DNA from: an uncultured Candidatus Saccharibacteria bacterium
GTDB taxonomy: Bacteria; Patescibacteriota; Minisyncoccia; Phycocordibacterales; DATGWK01
Reading direction: 5' to 3'
DNA: 64,000 bases
NCBI GenBank assembly: GCA_964428845.1
Contig: CAYRZH010000002.1
Span: forward strand, 6,924 to 70,923
Part shown: positions 44,118 to 54,677 of the stretch, piece after piece
Layout of the letters: each line of letters opens with the position of its first letter
Position numbering within the stretch: position 1 is the stretch's first letter
Translations under genes and position numbers: made by a program
The notes under the pieces: model-generated
Told to the model about the DNA's origin: nothing
What the model saw: only the letters and a program-made list of their open reading frames with translations
The model's database searches: none

Positions 44118-45512
44118 TTACAACTTCTTAACTTTCGCAGTTTCCCCGTCTGCAGTGTCTTCCACGCTGTACCCCTTATTTGTTATTTCGTCACGAAGAG
44201 CATCAGCTGTTTCCCAATCCTTTTGGCTTCTTGCTATCTCACGCTTCTCCAGGAGTTCTTTTACTTCTTTGGGTACATTTATAGCTGTTTTCTTTGATTC
44301 TTCCCCTAATTTTAGAATCTCCAGTCCGAGTACTTTGTCCATGTCTGCTATTGTGGCTCTTTTGTCTGCATCAGTAGTTTCAGTATCTTTTAGCAACTGC
44401 CAGGCAAGGGAGACGGCTCCTGGGGTGTCAAGATCATTATTTATTATTTCTTTAAACTTTCTTGAATATGAGTCTGATACGGATCCACCGGCTGGCATTT
44501 GGCCTACATGACCTGCAAGCTTGAACAGAGCGGTCTCTGCAGCACTGATAGCTTCGAAAGAAAATGTGATGGGGGAGTGATAATGTGCCGTCAGAAGCCA
44601 ATATCTGTAAGCGAGCGGGCGAATGCCTTTGTCCTCGAGATCTTTCAATCTAATAAAATTATTTTCAGACTTGGACATTTTGCCGCTAGGAACATTTACA
44701 AACGCATTGTGAAGCCAGTATCTGACAAACTGCTTTCCCGTTGCTGCTTCTGATTGGGCAATTTCGTTGTTGTGGTGGATCGGAATATGATCGATACCAC
44801 CAGTATGAATATCAAATGTTTCTCCTAGGTATTTCATGGACATCGCCGAACACTCTATATGCCAGCCAGGGAAGCCGACCCCCCAAGGAGATGGCCATTC
44901 CTGTTGTCGCGCTTCTCCTTTCTTTGAAAATTTCCAGAGAGCGAAGTCTGTCGGGTTCCTCTTTTCTTTATTTACACCTATCCTTGCTCCTTCCTCCAAT
45001 CCTTCCAGATTTATATTTCCAAGTTTGCCGTAGTCTCGGAACTTGGACGTGTCAAAGTAAACCCCATCTGTAGTTTTGTATGTAAAATCCTTTTGTTCCA
45101 GTCTCTCTATCAAGGCTATCTGTTCCTTTATATGCTCGGTGGCATGTGGAAAGATCGTGTCTGTGATATTTATGTTGAGTTTTTTTAAATCATCAAAAAA
45201 GGCCTTTTCGTAAAATTGGCTTATTTCTTTCGCCGTTTTTCCTTCCTTCTTGGCACTTTCTTCTATCTTGTCTCTGCCTGTATCTGGATCACCCGCCGGT
45301 TCGCCAACGTCGGTAATATTCAAAACCTGTTTGACTTTGTAACCATTCAGCTCCAAGGTGCGTCTCAACACATCTGCAAATACATAGGAGCGCATATTGC
45401 CGATATGGGCATAGTTGTAAACTGTCGGGCCACAATTGTACATTGTGACAATCGTCTTATCTAAGGGTTTAAAAACCTCTTTTTTGTTTGTGAGAGTATT
45501 CCCAAGTTTCAT
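44118..45512 (-). CDS. cysS: Cysteine--tRNA ligase
   Basis: CGPTVY..AHIGN, PGWHIEC, KMSKS; start re-called at 45512. Confidence 0.97.
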   Translation of the reverse strand: MKLGNTLTNKKEVFKPLDKTIVTMYNCGPTVYNYAHIGNMRSYVFADVLRRTLELNGYKVKQVLNITDVGEPAGDPDTGRDKIEESAKKEGKTAKEISQFYEKAFFDDLKKLNINITDTIFPHATEHIKEQIALIERLEQKDFTYKTTDGVYFDTSKFRDYGKLGNINLEGLEEGARIGVNKEKRNPTDFALWKFSKKGEARQQEWPSPWGVGFPGWHIECSAMSMKYLGETFDIHTGGIDHIPIHHNNEIAQSEAATGKQFVRYWLHNAFVNVPSGKMSKSENNFIRLKDLEDKGIRPLAYRYWLLTAHYHSPITFSFEAISAAETALFKLAGHVGQMPAGGSVSDSYSRKFKEIINNDLDTPGAVSLAWQLLKDTETTDADKRATIADMDKVLGLEILKLGEESKKTAINVPKEVKELLEKREIARSQKDWETADALRDEITNKGYSVEDTADGETAKVKKL

Positions 45513-46429
45513 TAGAGCCACTTTTGGTGTCTGAAAAATGCAAAAAGAAAAATGCCGATAAACAGGACTGATACTGTAAGAATCCAAAAATCATTTTCCA
45601 TTCCAATGATTGGTCGAGAAACTGAATCGATCTGGAATATTCCAATGACAAGAGATATTGGTACGGCGATAAAGGCGAGGACGGTGACCACTTTGGCAAC
45701 CTCACTTTGCTCGGTATTCAATAGAGAGTTGTTTGTTTCTCGAAGTTCGGAAATTATTTCCCTTTGACTTTCGATCGTGTGTTTGAGCTTGTCATAGTCT
45801 CCGAGAATACTTCGCATATGAAATGAGAAATATTCACCGTGAGCTCTTCCACCGTGCTCGCGGAGTGAGGCCAGGATCTCTTCGTGTTGAAAGAGAGTTC
45901 GTTTAAAATCGATAAGGACACGCCCGACGAGAGACAGAGATCTAACCATTTCTTTTTCTTTGCCCTTGAAAACATTGTTTTCAATCTCACTTGTCCAACT
46001 ATCTATATACGCGAGCTCATTGAATGCTGCGTCGTAGAGTTCTCGAAGCATTCGAAGAAAAATGAAATCGGCTGGATTCGGGATCTCTTTTTTATCCAAA
46101 ACAGATTCCGTTTCAAGAATTTTACTAAAAGTATGAAGGGCGTCTATGTTGTCGAATCGTGCCGTAATAACAACATTTTTACCGATGATAAAGTCGATTT
46201 CCTGGTCACTTCGTTCGCTCGTGTGGGAATGTTTGAAGGCGGGGAAGCGTAAAACCAGATATGTAAAATGCTCGTGAAATTCTATATACGGCTTGTTGGT
46301 CGGTATCAGAAGCTCTCTTGCGACAGGTCGGTCGATTTTGTAAATATCAATCACATGATTGATATCTTCTTCTGTGGGATGATTTAGATCAAGCCAGACT
46401 GCGTCTTTGTATCGATATGTGGAGATCAT
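45512..46429 (-). CDS. CorA-family divalent cation transporter (signature motif divergent)
   Basis: W.DL..PT.E N-terminus, 2 C-terminal TM helices; GIFQID in place of G.FGMN. Confidence 0.8.
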   Translation of the reverse strand: MISTYRYKDAVWLDLNHPTEEDINHVIDIYKIDRPVARELLIPTNKPYIEFHEHFTYLVLRFPAFKHSHTSERSDQEIDFIIGKNVVITARFDNIDALHTFSKILETESVLDKKEIPNPADFIFLRMLRELYDAAFNELAYIDSWTSEIENNVFKGKEKEMVRSLSLVGRVLIDFKRTLFQHEEILASLREHGGRAHGEYFSFHMRSILGDYDKLKHTIESQREIISELRETNNSLLNTEQSEVAKVVTVLAFIAVPISLVIGIFQIDSVSRPIIGMENDFWILTVSVLFIGIFLFAFFRHQKWL

Positions 46430-46508
46430 ATTGTTTCCAAAATTATATCAAACACGGAAGTTGACTACAACAATTCGCTTTGCGATAATTGCATTAAGTA
46501 ACTAAGTC

Positions 46509-47759
46509 ATGGAAATCAAAACCAAGCGGTACACCCCCGTCATTTTTGCCCTCCTGATCGTCGGGGCGTCTTTTTTTACAGGTTTTTTTATTGGCAAGGA
46601 TAGTGCCAATGTCGTAAGCGAGATTGAAGTTCTCGAGAACAAAACGCCAACAGTAAAGCAAACAGTCGATTTCTCTCCTTTCTGGAAAGTTTGGAATATT
46701 CTTGATGATAAATTTGTTCCTGCCGTGCTTACAACTTCAACCCCCACCACTTCTCTTGGTATTAGTAATGTAGAAGAAAGAGTTTGGGGGGCAATAGAAG
46801 GAATGGTTCGGTCTTTCGGTGATCCATACACCACATTTTTTCCACCGGTTGAATCTGAAATTTTCGAAAGTGATATTAGCGGAAATTTTGAGGGTGTAGG
46901 TATGGAAATAGGTGTTCGAGATGAAGTCTTGACCGTAGTCGCACCGCTTAAAGGAACGCCAGCTTATAGAGCCGGAATAAAAACTGGAGATAAAATAATC
47001 AGGATTAACGATACTACTACAGAAGGACTAAGTGTCGACGAAGCAGTAAAGACGATTCGTGGCAAAGGTGGAACCAAGGTTACCTTCACGATTATCCGAA
47101 ATGGCGAAAAGGAACCTTTGGTCATCGCGGTTACCCGTGGAGTAATAGACATTCCAACTATCGAATCGACCTTGAGACCAGATGGGATATTCCTAATCCG
47201 GCTTTTCAACTTTTCGGCCACATCACCAAATCTGTTTAGAAACTCTATCCGCAAATTTGTTTCATCTGGATCGAACAAATTAATCCTCGATCTCCGCGGT
47301 AACCCTGGGGGTTATCTTGAAGCAGCGATAGATATGGCGAGCTGGTTTTTGCCGACTGGGGCGGTAGTTGTGAAGGAAGATTTCAAGGAGAGTTCAGAGC
47401 TCGTTGTGCATAGAAGTAAAGGTTACGATATTTTCAACAAGAACCTTAAGGTGGTAGTTCTTATCGATGGCGGATCCGCTTCTGCTTCAGAAATCCTCGC
47501 GGGAGCTCTTCAAGAAAATGGAGTTGCCAAGCTTGTAGGAACCAGGTCGTTTGGCAAAGGATCGGTGCAGGAGTTAGTAAAAATAACCCCGGATACTTCT
47601 CTTAAGGTTACTATCGCTAGATGGCTTACTCCACAGAATCATTCTATCTCCGCAGGAGGACTCACTCCAGATTTCGAAGTTAAACTAAATGAAAAAGATT
47701 TTGCTAAAGGGATCGATGCCCAGATAAACAAGGCAGTTGAATTACTTCTACAAAAATGA
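46509..47759 (+). CDS. C-terminal processing peptidase (S41, PDZ)
   Basis: DPYT, GVG.EI, DLRGNPGG, SASASEI, FGKGSVQ. Confidence 0.95.
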   Translation: MEIKTKRYTPVIFALLIVGASFFTGFFIGKDSANVVSEIEVLENKTPTVKQTVDFSPFWKVWNILDDKFVPAVLTTSTPTTSLGISNVEERVWGAIEGMVRSFGDPYTTFFPPVESEIFESDISGNFEGVGMEIGVRDEVLTVVAPLKGTPAYRAGIKTGDKIIRINDTTTEGLSVDEAVKTIRGKGGTKVTFTIIRNGEKEPLVIAVTRGVIDIPTIESTLRPDGIFLIRLFNFSATSPNLFRNSIRKFVSSGSNKLILDLRGNPGGYLEAAIDMASWFLPTGAVVVKEDFKESSELVVHRSKGYDIFNKNLKVVVLIDGGSASASEILAGALQENGVAKLVGTRSFGKGSVQELVKITPDTSLKVTIARWLTPQNHSISAGGLTPDFEVKLNEKDFAKGIDAQINKAVELLLQK

Positions 47760-47774
47760 TAGAAATAAGCCTCT

Positions 47775-48218
47775 ATGAAAATAATTTTAAACAAAGATGT
47801 TTCGGGCGTTGGCAAAAAATATAGCGTTAAAAATGTGTCAGATGGTTACGCCTTAAACTTTCTTATCCCGAACGGCTTTGCTGTGGTTGCTACTGCGGCC
47901 CTAATAAAGCAGAGTGAAACACTTAAGGCGGCCGAGGAGGAAGGAAAGAAAGTAAAAGAGGATCTCTTGGCCAAAAATCTGAAAGCGGTAGAGGCTATTG
48001 AAGTTACGATCGCAGAGAAAGCAAACGACAAAGGTCATTTATTTTCGGGAATTCACAAGGAGAAAATCTCAGAGGAAATTAAGAAACAAACAGGTCTTGA
48101 TATCAGTCCAGAGTTTATGTCCCTCGACAAACCACTAAAAGAAATAGGGGATCACAAGATTCAAGTTTCAGTTTCTGGAAAAGTTGCTAGCTTTGTAGTT
48201 CACGTCGTAGCCCTCTAA
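47775..48218 (+). CDS. rplI: 50S ribosomal protein L9
   Basis: MKIIL.KDV...GK...V.DGYA.NFLIP. Confidence 0.97.
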   Translation: MKIILNKDVSGVGKKYSVKNVSDGYALNFLIPNGFAVVATAALIKQSETLKAAEEEGKKVKEDLLAKNLKAVEAIEVTIAEKANDKGHLFSGIHKEKISEEIKKQTGLDISPEFMSLDKPLKEIGDHKIQVSVSGKVASFVVHVVAL

Positions 48219-48229
48219 GAGAAAACCAA

Positions 48230-48502
48230 CTAGGAAACGCTCACTATCTTCTTACTCTTCTTTACTCCGTCGAGATGAGTCTTTCTTTTGTAATCGTAGG
48301 CCACAAAACCTTCCTTAAGAGCATATAGAGTGTGGTCCTTGCCCATAGCCACATTTCTTCCAGGTATTACATCAGTACCTCTTTGGCGTACCAAAATAGC
48401 ACCGGCTGACGCCTTTTCTCCGGAGTTTACTTTTATGCCGAGATACTTTGGATTCGAATCTCGACCATTTTTTGTTGAACCGCCTGCTTTTTTGGTTGCC
48501 AT
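48230..48502 (-). CDS. rpmA: 50S ribosomal protein L27
   Basis: [22 protein letters not shown]. Confidence 0.98.
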   Translation of the reverse strand: MATKKAGGSTKNGRDSNPKYLGIKVNSGEKASAGAILVRQRGTDVIPGRNVAMGKDHTLYALKEGFVAYDYKRKTHLDGVKKSKKIVSVS

Positions 48503-48535
48503 ATTGGTCTATTTGGTAATATAATTGCGTTCAAA

Positions 48536-48916
48536 ATGAGTATATCCTACGACAGGAAAAAAATCAATAAAATCCTACTTTTGCTAGTTATTTTTGTTCT
48601 CGCCCCGCTTCTTTCATTTGGAATCATAGAGGTTGCCACTGCTGTGAGGGAAAAGAACCCAATTATTGTCTTCCTCCCAGAAAGGACCATCGAAAGCACA
48701 ACAAAAGATAAGAAAAGTGATAAAACAGAAGTTTCAGAAGGTTTGGCTGCGGTAGTTGCCTCAAAGAAGGGTGACAAGTATCATTTACTAGATTGTCCTG
48801 GGGCAAAGACGATTTTACCGGAGAATAAAATATTTTTTACAAGTACTGCTGAAGCCGAAAAAGCCGGATACAGCCGGGCGAAAAATTGTAAGGGTTTAAA
48901 TACAGAACCAAAATGA
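48536..48916 (+). CDS. Membrane-anchored protein with Ada-like metal-binding domain
   Basis: ASK.G.KYH..DC....I...N.I.F....EAE.AGY...K.C. Confidence 0.75.
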   Translation: MSISYDRKKINKILLLLVIFVLAPLLSFGIIEVATAVREKNPIIVFLPERTIESTTKDKKSDKTEVSEGLAAVVASKKGDKYHLLDCPGAKTILPENKIFFTSTAEAEKAGYSRAKNCKGLNTEPK

Positions 48917-49500
48917 TCATTCTCGACGTTGAGACAACAGGGGCGAACCCCCATACCCATTCTCTAGTGAGTATTGGGGCGATCGACTTTGAAAATCCGG
49001 AAGAAAAATTTTATGAAGAATGTCGAATTTGGGATGGAGCTCACATTGAACCAGAGGCTCTCGCTGTAAATGGATATACTGAAGCAGAAATAAGAGACCC
49101 ATCCAAGAAGCGGGATGGGGAAATTCTCACCCTGTTTCTCGATTGGATTCTTGGCCGAGCGGATAATCTGATAGGTGGGCAAAATCCCTTTTTTGATACT
49201 GGTTTCCTCGAGGCTACGGCGGCAAGAGAACATATCAATTTTCCGATTGCTCGTCGCATAATTGATCTTCACTCGATCTGCTACTTCCATATGACAAAAA
49301 GAAACATCAAACCTCCATCAAAAAACAAGAAATCAGATCTTAATTCAGACGCCATTATGACTTATGTTGGTATAGGTCCTGAACCTAAACCTCATGTCGC
49401 CATCAATGGCGCCATCTGGGAAGCAGAAGCTTTTTCTAGACTTTTCTATGATAGGGCACTCTTTAAGCAATTCGAACACCACAAAATCCCCTGGAATTAG
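48913..49500 (+). CDS. DEDDh 3'-5' exonuclease
   Basis: LDVETTG, N..FD..FL, H.A motif (last acidic residue atypical). Confidence 0.85.
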   Translation: MIILDVETTGANPHTHSLVSIGAIDFENPEEKFYEECRIWDGAHIEPEALAVNGYTEAEIRDPSKKRDGEILTLFLDWILGRADNLIGGQNPFFDTGFLEATAAREHINFPIARRIIDLHSICYFHMTKRNIKPPSKNKKSDLNSDAIMTYVGIGPEPKPHVAINGAIWEAEAFSRLFYDRALFKQFEHHKIPWN

Positions 49501-49584
49501 CCTAAAAGACTTAAAATTGACTTGATTTGGCTAAACATATAGCATACGACTGCAACTTCCTGGAGACAGGTTTTTGTCTCTCGA

Positions 49585-50865
49585 ATGAACCAAGCTACCC
49601 GAGAAAGGATATCTAACCTCAAAATCTCCCTAAAATTGGGCTTTTTCCTGGCGCTTAGACAGATACGTCGAAGTAGCGCCTGGACGACAATCCTGATTAT
49701 TTTTGTGATGACCCTGACCTTCCTAAATCTTGTCGTGGTAAGTGGGATTCTTGTGGGCCTTATAGAAGGGTCAGTTGAGACTGTCCGTGCGCACTATACA
49801 AGTGACATTATCATTTCGGTTTTGAAGGAAAAGACGTATATCGAAAATAGCCCAAGGATCATTGAAATTGCCAAGAATTTGCCATGGACTGAAGCGGTCA
49901 CCGGAAGATATATGGAGGGTGGTGTGATTGAGGCAAAATACAAGGAACGCATAAAAGAAAATGATCTTATCGACAGTGTCGGTACTCTGATCACGGGAAT
50001 AAATCCTGAAGATGAAGATGCAGTGACGAAGCTCTCTGAACTTGTTGGTGAGGGGTCATATCTACTTTCTACCGATTATGATCAGGTTCTCCTGGGTTAT
50101 CAACTTCTGAAAAAATACTTGCCGATTGAGTCACCTGGCTTCACTACTCTTAGCGATGTTGAGGTGGGGGACAAGGTGAGAATAATTGTAAATGACAACA
50201 TCCGTGAAGTAACAGTGAAAGGGATTATCAAAGGAAAAGTTGATGAAGTTGGGCGCAGAGTATTTTTCGTTGATAGCCAATTACGTAACCTACTTGGGCG
50301 CAATGATTATGCTGTTGATGAAATTTCCATAAAGCTTAAGCCTGGAGCTGATGTAGAGGTCGCCAAGGAGGCTCTTATTGCGAGTGGAGTGGATAAGTTT
50401 GCGAAAGTTCAAACATATGAAGATGCCCAACCTAAGTTTCTCAAAGATATAAAAGATACTTTTGCCCTACTTGGCAATCTCATAAGTTCGATCGGCCTTG
50501 TGGTGGCTTCGATTACGATTTTTATTGTTATCTTCATAAATGCCATTACCCGCAGAAAGTCTATCGGCATCCTGAAGGGGGTTGGTATTCATTCTGTCGC
50601 TATCGAGTTTGCATATATAATTCAGTCATTGTTCTATGCCGTAGCCGGCACTGCTATCGGTATTATAGTCATCTTTCTTTTCCTCAAACCATTTATCGCT
50701 GCTCACCCGATAAATTTCCCATTTAGCGATGGGATACTCGTAGCAACCGTTCCTGGAGTGCTTATCCGTGCCCTGATTCTTTTTATCGCGACACTCATTG
50801 CTGGTTATATCCCAGCGAAAATAGTCGTAAAGCAGAATACTCTTGATGCCATCTTGGGCAGATAA
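49585..50865 (+). CDS. ABC transporter permease (MacB/LolE-like)
   Basis: 4-TM FtsX-type topology, RRK.IGILK..G. Confidence 0.88.
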   Translation: MNQATRERISNLKISLKLGFFLALRQIRRSSAWTTILIIFVMTLTFLNLVVVSGILVGLIEGSVETVRAHYTSDIIISVLKEKTYIENSPRIIEIAKNLPWTEAVTGRYMEGGVIEAKYKERIKENDLIDSVGTLITGINPEDEDAVTKLSELVGEGSYLLSTDYDQVLLGYQLLKKYLPIESPGFTTLSDVEVGDKVRIIVNDNIREVTVKGIIKGKVDEVGRRVFFVDSQLRNLLGRNDYAVDEISIKLKPGADVEVAKEALIASGVDKFAKVQTYEDAQPKFLKDIKDTFALLGNLISSIGLVVASITIFIVIFINAITRRKSIGILKGVGIHSVAIEFAYIIQSLFYAVAGTAIGIIVIFLFLKPFIAAHPINFPFSDGILVATVPGVLIRALILFIATLIAGYIPAKIVVKQNTLDAILGR

Positions 50866-50868
50866 AAT

Positions 50869-51561
50869 ATGATAGAAGTAAAAAAACTTAGAAAATCATT
50901 TGGTAGTGGAGACGGCGAGCTTGTCGTCCTAAAGGACTTGTCCTTTTCTGTGAAAAAAGGCGAGTTTATTTCGGTCACCGGAAGGTCTGGTTCTGGAAAA
51001 AGTACCCTTTTGTATCAACTCGGTCTTCTTGATATACCAAATTCGGGAGACATTTCGATCGACGGGGTCGATGTCAGAGCTCTCAAAAGTGCGTCACGTA
51101 CCCAATTTCGACTAGAAAAGCTCGGATATGTTTTTCAAGATTATGCGCTTATCACCGAACTCACCGCTATAGAGAATGTGATGGTTACGCTACTTATGCA
51201 GGGAATGACCAGAAAAGAAGCTAGGGAAAAGGCAAAGAAAGTACTATCTAAAGTGGGGTTAGCCGACAAGCTCGACAATCTACCAAGTCAACTTTCGGGA
51301 GGTCAGCAACAAAGAGTTAGCATCGCCCGTGCCATAGGGCATGATCCCAAAATTATTTTCGCCGATGAGCCTACAGCAAATCTAGACAGTGAAACCGCGG
51401 CCATGGTGCTCAAAACTCTCTTGGAGTTGAATAAAGAAGGACAAACCATTATTATGGTCACGCACGAGGAAGAGTATGCCAATCTAACCGACCGAATTGT
51501 TACTCTTTCAGACGGAATAATCGTTTCGGATATTGTAAACAAAAATAAAAATGTTAAATAA
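50869..51561 (+). CDS. ABC transporter ATP-binding protein (LolD-like)
   Basis: GRSGSGKST, LSGGQQQR, ADEPT, VTH. Confidence 0.95.
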   Translation: MIEVKKLRKSFGSGDGELVVLKDLSFSVKKGEFISVTGRSGSGKSTLLYQLGLLDIPNSGDISIDGVDVRALKSASRTQFRLEKLGYVFQDYALITELTAIENVMVTLLMQGMTRKEAREKAKKVLSKVGLADKLDNLPSQLSGGQQQRVSIARAIGHDPKIIFADEPTANLDSETAAMVLKTLLELNKEGQTIIMVTHEEEYANLTDRIVTLSDGIIVSDIVNKNKNVK

Positions 51562-53065
51562 AATCAATACAAAACTGAAAAGTGGAGTAGCGAAAAGTTT
51601 CGGCTTTATTAAGGCCCATTATATCCTCTCAAGCATTGTGGCCCTCGCGATAATCATACCCGTTGCGGTGTCACTCGGTAGGGGAGATGGAAGGGAATTT
51701 GTTGTGGTGAAACAAGGGACGATCGTCGAAACGGTTCGAGCTTCCGGTAAAATAAAGCCAGCAGAGGACGCTAATCTTGGCTTCAATAGGGGAGGTAGAG
51801 TGCTTGCGGTCAACGTCAAAGCAGGGGACACCGTCAAGGCGGGGCAAATCTTGGTTGCACTAGACAACAGCGAACTACTTGCCAACCTAAAAAAGGCACG
51901 TGCTGAACTTTCTCTCCAGGATATTACTGGCTCAAACGCTGAAGTGACTCTTGCAGATGCCGAAAACAATCTTATAGCAAAAATAAATGACGCATACACA
52001 AAATCCGATGACGCTGTAAGAAATTACTCTGACCAGTTCTTTGGGGGAACTCCACCGTCACTTTCGTTCAAGAGGTCGTTTGTTGAGGGCGGTGCCACCA
52101 TCTTTCTAAACATTGATCCCAAAGCGGAACTTTCAGTCGTAGGAAAGCGAACAGCAATAAGCAAAATGCTCCCGGAGTGGTTTTCTATGTTGACAAACTT
52201 AAAGAGAGGCAGTGACTATGAAGTATATATCACAGGGGCAAAGCGCAATCTGGAAACGATAAGGGTGTTTCTGGACGAATTATCTGTTGCTATAAACAAT
52301 CTTACCGTTCCGAGCTTCGAGTACAATTCAATTTTTGCCGGATTTAGGAATGATATCTCGAGCGCCAGGACAAACGTCAATACAGCCATAACAAACCTCA
52401 TCGCTGCAGAAGAAAAATATAATTCGGCGAAGCTCGATGCCAGTGCCAGCGCAGGCAATATGTCTACGCAACAAGCTCGAGTTCTTGCAAATGAGGCAAA
52501 CGTTCAGAGTATCGAAGCAGAACTTACTCAAATGATAATCAGAGCGCCTTTCGAAGGTACTATCACGAAAGTAGATTTGAGTGTCGGAGAGATAGCGAAG
52601 GCTGGCGAGAGCGCCATTTCTCTCATTTCGAGCAATAAGATAGAGATCGAATCAAACGTCTCTGAAGTAAATATTGGAAAAATCAAAGCCTCAAATCCGG
52701 TTAGAATAACCCTGGATGCTTTCGAGGGTAGGGAATTTTCTGGATTTGTCCGTCACGTCGAACCCGCCGAGACTATTGTGGATAATGTTGTGACATACAA
52801 AGTAGTGGTTGATTTTAAGGAAGGTCATAGTGATTTAAAAAGTGGTCTCACTGCCAATCTAGATATTGAGACATTTCGCAAGGACGATACTTTGATCGTG
52901 CCCCAGTTTGCTATTTTAAGTGAAGGCGGCAAGACTTATGTCAGTAAGCTTGATGGTGGTAAGATAGTTAAAACCGAGGTAGAAACCGGTGCTAGAGGTA
53001 GTGATGGTATGATTGAAATTGTTTCTGGATTAAGGGCGGGGGATGAAATAGAAATAAATAAGTAA
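51551..53065 (+). CDS. Efflux periplasmic adaptor (HlyD/MFP family)
   Basis: Lipoyl halves GRV..V.V..GD.V..GQ.L and IRAPF.G; long coiled coil. Confidence 0.9.
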   Translation: MLNKINTKLKSGVAKSFGFIKAHYILSSIVALAIIIPVAVSLGRGDGREFVVVKQGTIVETVRASGKIKPAEDANLGFNRGGRVLAVNVKAGDTVKAGQILVALDNSELLANLKKARAELSLQDITGSNAEVTLADAENNLIAKINDAYTKSDDAVRNYSDQFFGGTPPSLSFKRSFVEGGATIFLNIDPKAELSVVGKRTAISKMLPEWFSMLTNLKRGSDYEVYITGAKRNLETIRVFLDELSVAINNLTVPSFEYNSIFAGFRNDISSARTNVNTAITNLIAAEEKYNSAKLDASASAGNMSTQQARVLANEANVQSIEAELTQMIIRAPFEGTITKVDLSVGEIAKAGESAISLISSNKIEIESNVSEVNIGKIKASNPVRITLDAFEGREFSGFVRHVEPAETIVDNVVTYKVVVDFKEGHSDLKSGLTANLDIETFRKDDTLIVPQFAILSEGGKTYVSKLDGGKIVKTEVETGARGSDGMIEIVSGLRAGDEIEINK

Positions 53066-53081
53066 AAAACAAGAAAACAAA

Positions 53082-53990
53082 GTGAGCGGCTATTCGGTTA
53101 TTCTTTTTTACAAATACGTAAATCTTCCTGATCCTCTCAAAGTAAAAGAGGAACAGCTTTTGCTCTGCACCAAGTTAAATCTTAAAGGGCGCATTATCCT
53201 TGCAGAGGAGGGGATCAACGCCACACTTGAGGGAACCAATGAAAATATTAAGGAATATTGCGATTGCCTCCTCGCCAATGACCTCTTCCGAGATATTCAT
53301 ATAAAAAGAAGTTCGAGTTCGGGCACCTCCTTACCTAGACTTATTGTCAAAGTGAGACCAGAGATTGTAGCATCGAAGCTTTCCAAAGAGATTGACCCAA
53401 CCAAAGCTACAGGGAAATATCTACCACCTGAAACACTTAAGGCTTGGATAGATGACGGCAAGGATTTTCAGATCGTTGATATGCGCAACGACTACGAATT
53501 CAAATCCGGCCATTTTGCAGGATCCATTCCATCAGGTATGAAAAACTTTAGAGATATCAAAGATGTGCCCCAAAAACTCTCCGATCTCAAGGAGAAAACT
53601 ATAGTTGCGGTTTGTACCGGGGGTATCCGATGTGAAAAGGCCAGTGCCAACCTTCTAGCGGCTGGGTGGAAACATGTCTACCAGTTAGAAGGTGGAATCG
53701 TTACTTATATGGAGAAATATCCTAGCCATGCATTTAAGGGAACTTTGTATGTTTTTGATAACCGTATAACAATGGATTTTGATGATCCAGATAAGCATAT
53801 CGTAGTAGGAAAGTGTGAAAAGTGTCTAAAATCATCAGAAAATTACATAAATTGTGCTAATGATAACTGCCATATTCACTTTATATGCTGTAAAGGGTGT
53901 CTCGATGCCTCGGGTAGGGGATTTTGTTCCAGTTTGTGTGAGAAAGCCTATGAATCCCAAAGCCTCGAAATTGCAGGAAAAGCCATATAA
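53082..53990 (+). CDS. trhO: Rhodanese-domain tRNA U34 hydroxylase (YceA/TrhO)
   Basis: L.GRI..A.EGIN, D.RN.YE...GHF, CTGGIRCEKAS, VFD.R. Confidence 0.9.
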   Translation: MSGYSVILFYKYVNLPDPLKVKEEQLLLCTKLNLKGRIILAEEGINATLEGTNENIKEYCDCLLANDLFRDIHIKRSSSSGTSLPRLIVKVRPEIVASKLSKEIDPTKATGKYLPPETLKAWIDDGKDFQIVDMRNDYEFKSGHFAGSIPSGMKNFRDIKDVPQKLSDLKEKTIVAVCTGGIRCEKASANLLAAGWKHVYQLEGGIVTYMEKYPSHAFKGTLYVFDNRITMDFDDPDKHIVVGKCEKCLKSSENYINCANDNCHIHFICCKGCLDASGRGFCSSLCEKAYESQSLEIAGKAI

Positions 53991-54018
53991 TTAGCCATTT
54001 TTATACCATAGAAACGAG

Positions 54019-54087
54019 CGTTTGTCATTGACAAACGTTTCTCAATATGCTACTATATTGTGGACTCAGTTGCGACTGAGTTTTTTG
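54019..54087 (+). promoter_or_regulatory. Promoter with palindromic -35 and an immediate terminator-like hairpin
   Basis: CGTTTGTCA-T-TGACAAACG; TTGACA-N17-TACTAT (54028-54056); ACTCAGT-TGCG-ACTGAGT-TTTTT at 54064-54086. Confidence 0.65.
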
Positions 54088-54138
54088 TTTTCTTGATCAT
54101 TATTTGATCGATTCCAATCTAAAATCTAATCCAAAACT

Positions 54139-54621
54139 ATGTTTAATTTAGCCGTTATTGGTCTATATGTTGTTTCTGGCCTTGCCGGTGATGCTATGCC
54201 TGCCATGCCGATTCCAACTGAAACATCTGTAAACCAGATTCAATTGGAAGCAAGGAAACAGGACGAGTCTAAAGAAATCACAACCGAAGCCTACGTTAAA
54301 AATTATTTCTCTGACACCCCGATTCTTGCCGAGGTTGCAAGATGTGAATCCCAGTTTAGACAGACTGACAAAAGTGGTCGTGTCATCCGTGGGAAAGCCA
54401 ATCGTTACGACGTTGGTGTCATGCAGATTAATGAGCTATACCACTTAGATAAGTCTAAGAATCTTGGCTACGACATCTATACTACAGAAGGTAACCTTGC
54501 GTATGCTCGCTACCTTTATGAAAAGGAAGGAGCACGCCCATGGATGGCCTCTTCAGGATGTTGGGCAAAGTTTAGAGAAATAGCTTTAAGCAACGGAAGT
54601 AATTTCGATCACACTCTCTAA
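54139..54621 (+). CDS. Secreted lysozyme-like/lytic transglycosylase protein
   Basis: Signal-like N-terminus; ARCES, GVMQIN, N...A..LY...G..PW. Confidence 0.8.
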   Translation: MFNLAVIGLYVVSGLAGDAMPAMPIPTETSVNQIQLEARKQDESKEITTEAYVKNYFSDTPILAEVARCESQFRQTDKSGRVIRGKANRYDVGVMQINELYHLDKSKNLGYDIYTTEGNLAYARYLYEKEGARPWMASSGCWAKFREIALSNGSNFDHTL

Positions 54622-54641
54622 AAAACTAGAAGCAACTAATT

Positions 54642-54677
54642 AAACTTAAAACCCCGCATGTGCGGGGTTTTAAGTTT
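54642..54677. terminator. Bidirectional intrinsic terminator
   Basis: AAACTTAAAACCCCGCA-TG-TGCGGGGTTTTAAGTTT perfect inverted repeat. Confidence 0.85.
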
